DNA of 64,000 nucleotides, from positions 1 through 64,000 of the IMG/VR virus record IMGVR_UViG_3300034139_000007; one strand, given 5' to 3'. The notes beneath the pieces are model-generated. The model made no database searches. It was not told the origin of the DNA and saw only the letters and a program-made list of their open reading frames with translations. Positions 55,912-63,600 of this stretch are shown here, piece by piece. Made by a program: the position numbers and the translations under genes. Numbering within the stretch: the first letter of the stretch is position 1; every line of letters begins with the position of its first letter. This stretch comes from a virus.

Positions 55912-57915
55912 CTAGAACTGGATTTCGTAGGCGCGACCATCCGCGACTACGGTGAGGGTGTTCCTCTGGGTGGAAGAGAAGCCCAGCCCGGACAGCTGGT
56001 CTTCGGCGAAGGGAGCCTTGGTCTTGGCCCCCAGCACCTCGAACACCTTGCGGTGCTCATGCAGGTCCGGTCGCAGGTACTCGTTGTAGATCCCACGGAC
56101 CGGGTCCGGGTTCTGCACCCCGCGAAGGATGAAGAACCAGTGCTTGTTGCCGATGGCCTGCCCGTTCCAGTGGTTCGGGCTGAGCATCAGCGTGTCGACC
56201 GGCACCAGCGTCTCGGTGGTGATGCCCCAACGCTTCTGGCTGCTGGTGGTGGTCGGATGCTTGTGGTCGATGGTCCACGCCCCGTCCTTGAGCGTGGCGA
56301 CGGCCAGGGTAAGCCACTCCTTGTGCGCGAGGGGCTCGGGGTGGTCGTACTGGTAGACCTGCCCGCCGACCTCGATCTCGGCCTTGAAGCCGGATGTGGT
56401 CGGGGCGCGGTTGTGCCAGTTGTGGATCTTGAAGACGTACTGGCCGTCGCGCAACTTGGCCAGGTCGGGGAAGGTGATGTTCTCGACGGGGACATAGCCC
56501 TCCGGCGCAGGCTGGGTGTAGTCGACGTCCTGAACCCCGCCCGACATGCGGTCGTTTCTCGCGTTCCAGCCGACGCGCTGGCCGACCGGATAGCCGTCGT
56601 GGCGACCATCCTGATGCGGCGTCGCGCCGGGCATGAAGACGTGCAGGTCCATCAGGCTGGCATTGCGGCCCACGTCATTCCATAGGTGGGAGAAGCGCAG
56701 GACGCCATCCACCCGTCCGCCGGCCATCGCCACCCGCTGGCGCAGGGTGCTGTCGGTCACGTCGCCGTCGTAGGACCAGCTGAAGCCATTGGCCCACGGG
56801 AACAGGCCCTCGTCGCCCTGGGTGATCGACATGAAGTTGCCGAGGTGCCGGTTCTCGACCAGCGCGCTGATCGACTTGTGCGACTTGGCGAAGAAGTCGG
56901 CGGCGGCGATGAGCGTCGGGTTGTCGATCTTGACCTTGGACAGGGTGGCAGCAGGCATCAGCAGGTCAGCCAGGCTGTCCTTCATCTTGCTGGCCACGGT
57001 GTTGTCGACGAACAGGACGTCGTTGACCGACACATCGGTGATGCGAGCATGGCGGCGAGTGATCGCGCCGCGCAGGCCGAGTTCGTCGACCTTGGCCAGA
57101 GCCTGCTCGATCATGCGGGGCGTGACGAGGGCCGAGGGGCGCTTGTAGTTGGCCGGGGCGACCATCCTCTCGTACTTCTTGACCGCGATTTCCAGCTCGG
57201 TCCCTTCGGACAGCTCCAGCAGCAGCTGGCCGATGGCCGTGTTGCGGAACCGGGCCGACTTGTCGTCCAGGTTCGACCAGATCAGCAGGTCGGTGCCGTC
57301 CCAGCTGGCCTTCAGACTGCGGAAGGCCTTGATCGCGGGCAGAAACTCCTCGCCCTTGTACAGGTTGTTGGCCTCGGCCAGGTCGATCACGGTGTCGAGG
57401 GCATCGAGACTGATCTCGATCAGGCCACGCTTCAGGACCTGAGCGGTCGTGTTGATCTTGCCCCGCACCTCGTCCGGGCTGGTCGAGAAGTGCTTGTCAG
57501 CCACCGACCCCGAGAAGTGATCCCAGGTCCTGACGGTGTTGTCGGGCAGCAGCTCGTTGGAGGTGGCGTTGCCGTACTTGCGCTCCTTGGTGCGCCAGAC
57601 CGACTTGATCGGCGCTTGGCGGACGCGGTCGGCCAGGATCTTGGTGACCTGATCGTAGGGGAAGGGCGGCGTGACGTCCCAGACGGTCTGGACTTGGCCG
57701 TCGATGATGGCGACCACGTTGCCGATGTTGCGGATGAACTGCTTGCAGCAGGAGCAGTCGTGCTCGGTGCGCTCACGGAACAGAGGGTTGGTGCCCTCGG
57801 GGAAGGCCGACAGGTAGGTGGCGAACAGGTCCTCGGTGTCGACGACGAACAGCTCGTGTTGGCGCATCGCCTCGTACCGCTTGTGAACGAGGTCGGAGAA
57901 GTCTTTGAATGACAT
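55912..57915 (-). CDS. Large conserved phage protein (667 aa) with HxCxCC motif and YfaP-like segment
   Basis: ERTEHDCSCCKQFIR, APANYKRP, MDLHV..DVD..PVENI, SPNHW..GNKHWFF, HRKVFE, QLSGLGFSST. Confidence 0.8.
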   Translation of the reverse strand: MSFKDFSDLVHKRYEAMRQHELFVVDTEDLFATYLSAFPEGTNPLFRERTEHDCSCCKQFIRNIGNVVAIIDGQVQTVWDVTPPFPYDQVTKILADRVRQAPIKSVWRTKERKYGNATSNELLPDNTVRTWDHFSGSVADKHFSTSPDEVRGKINTTAQVLKRGLIEISLDALDTVIDLAEANNLYKGEEFLPAIKAFRSLKASWDGTDLLIWSNLDDKSARFRNTAIGQLLLELSEGTELEIAVKKYERMVAPANYKRPSALVTPRMIEQALAKVDELGLRGAITRRHARITDVSVNDVLFVDNTVASKMKDSLADLLMPAATLSKVKIDNPTLIAAADFFAKSHKSISALVENRHLGNFMSITQGDEGLFPWANGFSWSYDGDVTDSTLRQRVAMAGGRVDGVLRFSHLWNDVGRNASLMDLHVFMPGATPHQDGRHDGYPVGQRVGWNARNDRMSGGVQDVDYTQPAPEGYVPVENITFPDLAKLRDGQYVFKIHNWHNRAPTTSGFKAEIEVGGQVYQYDHPEPLAHKEWLTLAVATLKDGAWTIDHKHPTTTSSQKRWGITTETLVPVDTLMLSPNHWNGQAIGNKHWFFILRGVQNPDPVRGIYNEYLRPDLHEHRKVFEVLGAKTKAPFAEDQLSGLGFSSTQRNTLTVVADGRAYEIQF

Positions 57916-57920
57916 GGTAT

Positions 57921-57934
57921 TTTAACCGTTAAAG
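57921..57934 (-). promoter_or_regulatory. Motif A copy 5 (CTTTAACGGTTAAA)
   Basis: Fills the gap between stop at 57935 and ATACCATG. Confidence 0.75.
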
Positions 57935-58291
57935 TCAGTCGACAACGTCGATCTGGGTTGATGATTTGATGGTGGTGCGGCGGTCGCCATCGTAGCTGAC
58001 GACGATGCCGAGGACTTCGCCCTTGAGCCAGCCGCGGCCTTTGCGCCAGTGGCTGACCTTGCTGCCGAGGCGCGGGGTGCGCTGGCCCATCTTGTGGGTT
58101 GGGGAGAAGCCCAGCTCGAACCACTTCTGGTACCAGTGCAGGCGGGTCGCCTCGTTGTCCTCGTAGTGAACCTGCTCATCCAGCGCGTAGAGCGTGCCGA
58201 AGAGGCTCATCTGCTGGCCGTTGCCGCCGCTGATCATCTTCTTCAGCAGGCGGCACAGCAGCCAGTGCTCGACCTTGGTCAGGGCGGCCAT
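57935..58291 (-). CDS. Hypothetical protein
   Basis: In operon; Y.EDN..T motif. Confidence 0.6.
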   Translation of the reverse strand: MAALTKVEHWLLCRLLKKMISGGNGQQMSLFGTLYALDEQVHYEDNEATRLHWYQKWFELGFSPTHKMGQRTPRLGSKVSHWRKGRGWLKGEVLGIVVSYDGDRRTTIKSSTQIDVVD

Positions 58292-58294
58292 GGC

Positions 58295-58648
58295 TCACCA
58301 GATGTCCGAGGACAGCAGGTCGCGTCCGACAGTGAGCCACTGCTTGGTCAGCTGGCCGCTGGCGACGCCGATCTCCTTGGCCTGCTCGCGGGTCACGAAC
58401 CGGTTGTTCGAGGTCCAGAAGCCGTAGGTGTCGGTGACGTCAGCCGTGTAGGGTTGGTCCCGGCCCAGGTTGACGCGCAGGTCAGAGTGCGACTTGAACC
58501 CATGGTGCAGGTTCCCTTGGGCGTCGACCAGGGCGCAGGCCATGATCATCTCGGGGTCGGTGTGGACTTTCGAGGTGTCCATCCGTGGCAGTTGGGCGGC
58601 GTTCTTGGCCATCGCCTTCTGCTCGCGGCGTCGGTCGGCTCGGGTCAT
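58295..58648 (-). CDS. Hypothetical phage protein
   Basis: H..GFWTS..RFVTREQA..GQL..LSSDIW; ATGA overlap at 58648. Confidence 0.7.
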   Translation of the reverse strand: MTRADRRREQKAMAKNAAQLPRMDTSKVHTDPEMIMACALVDAQGNLHHGFKSHSDLRVNLGRDQPYTADVTDTYGFWTSNNRFVTREQAKEIGVASGQLTKQWLTVGRDLLSSDIW

Positions 58649-58899
58649 GCGGGCATCCTGTAAATGAGGCGTTCCAGCTCTTGCAGCTGGAGACGCGCGT
58701 TGGTGACGCGGCGAAGCGCCTCGTCGCGGGTATCGGTGCCTTCCTTGGCGTCCAGCTCGATCATCAGGAAGATGAACAGCGTGTCGCCCTGGGTGCGGCA
58801 CTCGTCGAGGGTCTGGACGTGGGCATAGTCGCCCCCACCGTAGTTGTCCGCGACCAGGCGCTGGAAGGGGTTCAGCGGCGCTGGCTTGGGCTTGGGCAC
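58645..58899 (-). CDS. Hypothetical protein
   Basis: GGAGGAG RBS before GTG 58899; YGGGD..GDTLF.F..EL. Confidence 0.65.
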   Translation of the reverse strand: MPKPKPAPLNPFQRLVADNYGGGDYAHVQTLDECRTQGDTLFIFLMIELDAKEGTDTRDEALRRVTNARLQLQELERLIYRMPA

Positions 58900-59138
58900 A
58901 GCTCCTCCAGTGGCGTGGTCGCGGACGCCTTCTCGACGATGGGATAGCTGCCGTGGATGGTCCGCATGTAGCGGTCCCCGGTCAGCGGATCGAGCCAGAT
59001 GGTCTGGCTGGCGCTGCACACCCGCAGGACCTCAAGACGCTTGCGCGTCTCGTGGTCGTTGACCTGCTGCTGGGTCGGGGGTGCGGTGCAGGCGGTCAGT
59101 CCTGCGAGGAGGACAAGGATGGCTTGATGACGTCCCAC
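58872..59138 (-). CDS. Putative lipoprotein
   Basis: AILVLLAGLTA-C lipobox. Confidence 0.55.
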   Translation of the reverse strand: MGRHQAILVLLAGLTACTAPPTQQQVNDHETRKRLEVLRVCSASQTIWLDPLTGDRYMRTIHGSYPIVEKASATTPLEELCPSPSQRR

Positions 59139-59542
59139 TTCACTTCTCCAGTTTCGATCAGGTGGTTCAGGACCACGGCGGCCTGTTCCGGGGTGGCTTG
59201 GTAGTAGCCGCTGCTGTCGCGGTCGCCGATTGGCGCGGCGTCGAACACGGGCGGGTAGAACAGCTGGCCAGCCTGGCCGCCGATCACCACCGGGGTGGGT
59301 TCGTGGTTCAGCCCCAGATAATCCGCGGCAATGACCTCGATCTCCTCGCTGTCATTGCCCCGATAGCCGGCGGCATAGGCCGCCCAGCCAGCGATGCAGG
59401 CCGTGGTGTTGCAGGTGTGCAGGTTTTCGAGCGTGGCGTCGTAGCGGCCTCTGGGATTGTAGACCAGGTACGACATGTTGAAGTGCTGGGGCGCATCCAG
59501 GATCAGATCCCGGACATGAGCGATGTTCGCTTTATTCAGCAT
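59096..59542 (-). CDS. CxTxACIAGWA-family protein, paralog 1
   Basis: FNM..CNTTACIAGWA..YLGL..LF..LIETGEVKW. Confidence 0.75.
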   Translation of the reverse strand: MLNKANIAHVRDLILDAPQHFNMSYLVYNPRGRYDATLENLHTCNTTACIAGWAAYAAGYRGNDSEEIEVIAADYLGLNHEPTPVVIGGQAGQLFYPPVFDAAPIGDRDSSGYYQATPEQAAVVLNHLIETGEVKWDVIKPSLSSSQD

Positions 59543-59822
59543 CGGGAACGATCCTGACGAGACGACGGCCTTCGGGCTCTTCGTCGATGATGATGGTGGC
59601 CTTGCCGGTCAGCAAAGCTGACACGCCAGTGAGGATCGCGTCGAACATCTGTTCGCGGTTCTCTTCCTGCTGGCGGCGGGCGGCCTGTTGCATTTCGTAG
59701 TCACGCATCTCGGTTTCTCTCCTTGCCTGCCTTGCGGCGTCGGCGTTGTGGCGTTTCCAGGCTCGGCGGCGGTTACGACCGGGCTTCAATGTCCGCCTCG
59801 ACCTGAGCCACGGTGCTGGCAC
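59532..59822 (-). CDS. Hypothetical basic protein
   Basis: In operon; true start probably TTG near 59789. Confidence 0.5.
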   Translation of the reverse strand: MPAPWLRSRRTLKPGRNRRRAWKRHNADAARQARRETEMRDYEMQQAARRQQEENREQMFDAILTGVSALLTGKATIIIDEEPEGRRLVRIVPDAE

Positions 59823-59916
59823 CGTTTTGCACGGCGACAGCCGCGAGGCGGTGGCGGGCTCGGTCGGGGGAGCGGAACTGGTTCACCAGATCGGCGCGTT
59901 GGGCGTTGGTCAGCAT
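59773..59916 (-). CDS. 47-aa micro-protein (absent from ORF track)
   Basis: MLTNAQRADLVNQFRSPDRARHRLAAVAVQNGASTVAQVEADIEARS; leader nearly identical to the rIIA leader. Confidence 0.7.
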   Translation of the reverse strand: MLTNAQRADLVNQFRSPDRARHRLAAVAVQNGASTVAQVEADIEARS

Positions 59917-59933
59917 GGTCGTAAGTCCTTGTT

Positions 59934-59947
59934 TTTAACGGTTAAAG
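59934..59947 (-). promoter_or_regulatory. Motif A copy 6 (CTTTAACCGTTAAA)
   Basis: Followed by AACAAGGACTTACGACCATG. Confidence 0.75.
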
Positions 59948-59961
59948 TGGAGGGTGGAGGG

Positions 59962-60363
59962 TCAGTCTTTGAAGATCTCGGCGGGGTCCAGCTCGCCGTG
60001 GAGGACCTGGCGCAGTTCCTCCAGGATCTTGGGTCGCACTTGGCCCGCGGCGTCGGTGGCCTCGTCGTGGGTGTTCTGCAGATTGCAGATCAACTGCAGC
60101 TCGGCAGGGTCGCAGGTCAGGATCGGATCATCCTCCATGGTCAGCAGGGTGCTGATGGCCGAGGCGTTGTGGCCCCGCTTGTCGATGATCGCGAAGACCT
60201 CGTCGGGGATGGCCGCGCCGACCACGCAGGGCAGCTTAGTGAAAGGGTCGCGGTAGGTGCACGCGCCGACCCCGTTCTGGGCCTGTAGCCGCTCCTCGTC
60301 GAAGGCCTTGCGGCCAGCTTCGATGATGTTGGCGACGGTCAGGTGGAAGGGGGCAGCGGTCAC
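59962..60363 (-). CDS. Hypothetical phage protein (C.Y..CVVG..LQ..HD family)
   Basis: CTYR..PCVVGAAI..LQNTHD. Confidence 0.7.
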   Translation of the reverse strand: MTAAPFHLTVANIIEAGRKAFDEERLQAQNGVGACTYRDPFTKLPCVVGAAIPDEVFAIIDKRGHNASAISTLLTMEDDPILTCDPAELQLICNLQNTHDEATDAAGQVRPKILEELRQVLHGELDPAEIFKD

Positions 60364-60719
60364 CAGTTCAGTTCCTTTTCGATGCGGGTCGGCCAGGTGG
60401 GGAGCGCGTTGCCTTGGATGAGGCTGTCGATGGCCGCCAGGGTGGTGGGTTTGTCGATCTTGCCGATGGCTTGCGGGCCGAGGTGCGACAGGAACAGGTA
60501 GTTGGCCTGCTGCGGGGTCAGGCCCAGAAAGTCGCGAGCCTGGGCCAGGCTGGGGGCGGCAGGGGTGTAGTCGGGCATCGCGGTGCAGGCCCAGCCAGCG
60601 ATGCAGCGAGGGCTCCCGCAGTCCTTGGGGTTGCCGACCTCTCGCATGTCGACGAGGGCGTCGGGGGCGTCGGCGATCAGGCCGCGGACCAGGGTGAAGT
60701 TGGCGATGTTCAGGGCCAT
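60360..60719 (-). CDS. CxTxACIAGWA-family protein, paralog 2
   Basis: CGSPRCIAGWA..FLGLT..LF..W. Confidence 0.75.
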   Translation of the reverse strand: MALNIANFTLVRGLIADAPDALVDMREVGNPKDCGSPRCIAGWACTAMPDYTPAAPSLAQARDFLGLTPQQANYLFLSHLGPQAIGKIDKPTTLAAIDSLIQGNALPTWPTRIEKELNW

Positions 60720-61096
60720 TGGACTTCTCCGGTTTCGGCGAGCCGGCGCAGGGTCGCGACGGCTTGGGCTTGGGTGATGCTGGCCCAGTCGAGATCAGGC
60801 ATGAAGAGTTGCTCGATCAGATGCTGATCGTCATCGATGCCCAACCATTTGGCTGCAGCGTTGGTGGGGTCGCCGGTCAGGCCGAGGCGGACATCGACCC
60901 GCTCCCCGGGAGGGGTGGCGAGAGCCTGCGCCCAACCGCCGATGCAGGCGCACGTCCCACAGTCGTGGATCAGGTCCGCGGCAGTGACCATCGCCGCTTC
61001 ATTGCCGACTTGGGTGGCCCAGAAGCGCATGTTGAACCGTTCGGGCGGCAGGGCCTCGATCAGGTTGGCCAGGAGGGTGATGTTTTGAGTATTCAT
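60710..61096 (-). CDS. CxTxACIAGWA-family protein, paralog 3
   Basis: FNM..CGTCACIGGWA..WLGI..LF..LAETGEVQW. Confidence 0.75.
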   Translation of the reverse strand: MNTQNITLLANLIEALPPERFNMRFWATQVGNEAAMVTAADLIHDCGTCACIGGWAQALATPPGERVDVRLGLTGDPTNAAAKWLGIDDDQHLIEQLFMPDLDWASITQAQAVATLRRLAETGEVQWP

Positions 61097-61116
61097 CGGA
61101 GATGACCCAGTCTTTG

Positions 61117-61130
61117 TTTAACGGTTAAAG
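61117..61130 (-). promoter_or_regulatory. Motif A copy 7 (CTTTAACCGTTAAA)
   Basis: 2 nt after upstream stop codon. Confidence 0.75.
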
Positions 61131-61132
61131 TA

Positions 61133-61390
61133 TCAGGCTCGACGTTCGAGGCGAGCGACCGGAGTGGTGGCAGGCTGGTCCTGCACGATGGTGACCTGGG
61201 CGCGGAACGTCGGCCCGACCTGCCACAGCTGGAACGCGCGGTGGGTCCGCTCGGTGAGTGCGCCTTGGCCGGTCTTCTGGGCCGAGGCGTAGCTCATTTT
61301 CAGGGGCTGGCCGTCGTTGCCGGTGAAGGCCTCGAAGCGTTCGGGGCCGGTGTTCGGGCACAGGGCCAGGATGTAGGTTTCGGCGCTCAT
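61133..61390 (-). CDS. Hypothetical protein
   Basis: AGGA RBS, ATGA overlap at 61390. Confidence 0.6.
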   Translation of the reverse strand: MSAETYILALCPNTGPERFEAFTGNDGQPLKMSYASAQKTGQGALTERTHRAFQLWQVGPTFRAQVTIVQDQPATTPVARLERRA

Positions 61391-61896
61391 TGGGCGGGTT
61401 CCTGTTGACACATGGGGGTGGTGGCCAGCTCGATGATGCCGACCTTGCCGTCAGCCGTGGTGGCGCTGATGATGCCGACGAGCCGGTCCTGCTCATCGAC
61501 GACCGCGCCGCCGGACATGCCTGGCTCGGGGGTGCGAGATGGGTCCGCGCCACGTAGGTTGTAGGTGATTTGGGTCGGGGCGACGCGGACATCGTATCGC
61601 GTGTCGATGGCGCGGACTGTGGATCTGGCCCGGGAGCCTATGAGGCGATACGTCTCGTTGGTGGTGATCGGGGCGCAGCTGACGGTCATCTGGCGCTGGA
61701 AGGGCCGGTCGGGGTCCGTGGTGAGGATGACCACGTCGCTGTCGGCGTCCTGGTAGACGATGGTCGCGGACCTGTTGTCGATGATGCAGGTGTCGTTTTG
61801 GAAGACGTGCGCTGCTGAAATGACGGTGTTCGGGGCGATGACCACGCCGGAGCCGAAGCCCATGGCGCAGCTGATCAGAACGACTTCGATACCCAT
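61387..61896 (-). CDS. Trypsin-like serine protease
   Basis: GSGVVI..SAAHV, D.DVVIL, PGMSGG..LVGI catalytic triad motifs. Confidence 0.88.
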   Translation of the reverse strand: MGIEVVLISCAMGFGSGVVIAPNTVISAAHVFQNDTCIIDNRSATIVYQDADSDVVILTTDPDRPFQRQMTVSCAPITTNETYRLIGSRARSTVRAIDTRYDVRVAPTQITYNLRGADPSRTPEPGMSGGAVVDEQDRLVGIISATTADGKVGIIELATTPMCQQEPAQ

Positions 61897-61913
61897 GGTG
61901 TGAGGCCTTTTGG

Positions 61914-62315
61914 TTAGTGGATGGGGGGCGCGAGGTAGGTCCGCGTCGCCTCGAATGAGGTTGAAATCCAGTTGTCGACCGACTGGCGAAGCTCCAGGTT
62001 CTGCGCGTCGGTCAGCTGCAGTTCCTTGGTTATGTGATCGACATACTGGACCAGATTGGCCAGATCGCCGACGTAGCTGTCGTGGTGCTCGACGCCCTGG
62101 GTGTCGATGAAGTCAGCTCTCAGCTCACCGTTCACGGACACGATGGGGCGGCTCGTATAGCGGGCGGGGGCGGCTGCGGGGTGCGGTGGCAAGTCCCGCG
62201 CTGCGAGGATTTGGGCATGGAGCGAGTTCACCGATGGACCCCACATGAGCCGCGTGTCGAGGTCCATGGCGAAGAGCTGCTTCGCGGACTGGGGTCGGAG
62301 GGGTGGGAGTTTCAT
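61914..62315 (-). CDS. Hypothetical protein
   Basis: ORF on the coding strand filling the gap. Confidence 0.55.
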   Translation of the reverse strand: MKLPPLRPQSAKQLFAMDLDTRLMWGPSVNSLHAQILAARDLPPHPAAAPARYTSRPIVSVNGELRADFIDTQGVEHHDSYVGDLANLVQYVDHITKELQLTDAQNLELRQSVDNWISTSFEATRTYLAPPIH

Positions 62316-62395
62316 TGGGAGGGTCGCTCGTGGTGGAGGGTGGAGGGGTGCCCGGTCCTGTTTCGTGGCGCGCAGACCGGGCTATGATGCGCCTG

Positions 62396-62881
62396 TCAGC
62401 TAGGCCATGTGTCACCTCCGGGGTCGTAAGGGAGTGCGCGAGCGTGCTTCAGGACGCCGGCGATAGCGGGGAGAGGCAGGTTCAGGTGGAGGGGCTCGCC
62501 GTCGTTCAGATGGACGATGGTCCAGTAGAAGGCGTTCGAGCGTTTCTCGCTGATCGTGAACTCGGTCGTATACATGTCCAGCTGTTCGATGCCCGCGACT
62601 TTCAGCCCTAGCAGCAGGGCGTTGGCGTTGCCGTGGCGGGCGAAATACTGGCGGATCGTGTCGGGGTAGAAGACCGCGAGGCCGGCACCCTGGGCGCAGA
62701 AGCAGGGGGTCTGGTTGTCGAACTTCACCATCACCCCCGTGGCTTTGATAGTGGCCGGATCTTCGAGGGCGGTCATCCAAGCGTCAAAAGCAGTCTGGTC
62801 GGCTTGGCTGAGTTCTCGTGTCAGGCTCGACTGTTGCGATGGTTCGAGGCTTTCGAAGATTTCTTTGGGAGAGTTTAACAT
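62396..62881 (-). CDS. Hypothetical protein (CFCAQG..LND family)
   Basis: ATG 62881 lies inside motif A copy 8. Confidence 0.6.
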   Translation of the reverse strand: MLNSPKEIFESLEPSQQSSLTRELSQADQTAFDAWMTALEDPATIKATGVMVKFDNQTPCFCAQGAGLAVFYPDTIRQYFARHGNANALLLGLKVAGIEQLDMYTTEFTISEKRSNAFYWTIVHLNDGEPLHLNLPLPAIAGVLKHARALPYDPGGDTWPS

Positions 62882-62888
62882 GTTAAAG
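62874..62888 (-). promoter_or_regulatory. Motif A copy 8, 14-bp variant (CTTTAACATGTTAAA)
   Basis: Contains both the upstream TAA and the downstream ATG. Confidence 0.6.
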
Positions 62889-63506
62889 TTCCTGGGCCTC
62901 GATGAGGGCTTCATTGATGATGTCCAGATCGTATACTCCACCTACGGCGTCGAATACTTCCTGGGGCGTCTTGTCGCGCAACTCCATCGCGGCGATGGTG
63001 TCAGCGCATTCTGTCACGTCCTGCTGGCGGCTTGGGGGTGTGGCCAGAGCCTGCACCTGCCACGGGAGCGGGACCGCGTCGGGGTCGCTGGGGATGATTT
63101 CCAGCTTGTAGTGGTGCGGGTTGATACAGGGCACCCATCCGCGGGGCAGGCTGGGGTTCGAGATGATTGTGGCGGGACCGCGAACCTCGACACGCGATCC
63201 CGAAGGGGTATCACCCAAAATCGAGGGGGCTTCACCGTCAGGCTCGACAGGCTCACAAAACAGGAACGGGCCGCGCGTGCCTTGATGCGAGACGCGGTGG
63301 GAACTGTGGATCGGTTGCTGGAGGATAAGGGATAGGCACGCGCGGGGGGTCGACATCATCGTCTCGCCGGACCAGATCAGCCGTGGCCCGGGCCAGCATG
63401 GCGTGGCTTTATTGGGCCAGCTGGTCAGGTCAGGCCAATGGCCTAACATCTGCGACAGGCGGGTCTGGAGATCGGTCGAGGGGCGTCCGCCCTTGGTCTG
63501 GCTCAT
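62883..63506 (-). CDS. Hypothetical protein with degenerate HNH-like residues
   Basis: PCWP..HRV..CINPHH. Confidence 0.55.
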   Translation of the reverse strand: MSQTKGGRPSTDLQTRLSQMLGHWPDLTSWPNKATPCWPGPRLIWSGETMMSTPRACLSLILQQPIHSSHRVSHQGTRGPFLFCEPVEPDGEAPSILGDTPSGSRVEVRGPATIISNPSLPRGWVPCINPHHYKLEIIPSDPDAVPLPWQVQALATPPSRQQDVTECADTIAAMELRDKTPQEVFDAVGGVYDLDIINEALIEAQEL

Positions 63507-63525
63507 AGTTGGCTACTACCACGAA

Positions 63526-63538
63526 TATCTAGTGGATA
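63526..63538. promoter_or_regulatory. Motif B palindrome copy 6 (TATCTAGTGGATA)
   Basis: Intergenic, about 20 nt upstream of ATG 63506. Confidence 0.6.
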
Positions 63539-63600
63539 AAATAGGGCTTGCCAGTCTCTGCGAACGGGACCAGGCTGCGCCTTGGGCGGCCCGGCGAAAC

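Noticed and set aside
46221-62888. Motif A as a CtrA box or as a CRISPR repeat
   Set aside because: CtrA consensus is TTAA-N7-TTAA whereas this is TTAA-N3-TTAA (half-site binding not excluded); copies are kilobases apart with genes between them and no cas genes are present
62883-63506. Active HNH endonuclease
   Set aside because: CW and CINPHH are present but separated by a long atypical insert, and the catalytic spacing is not recognisable
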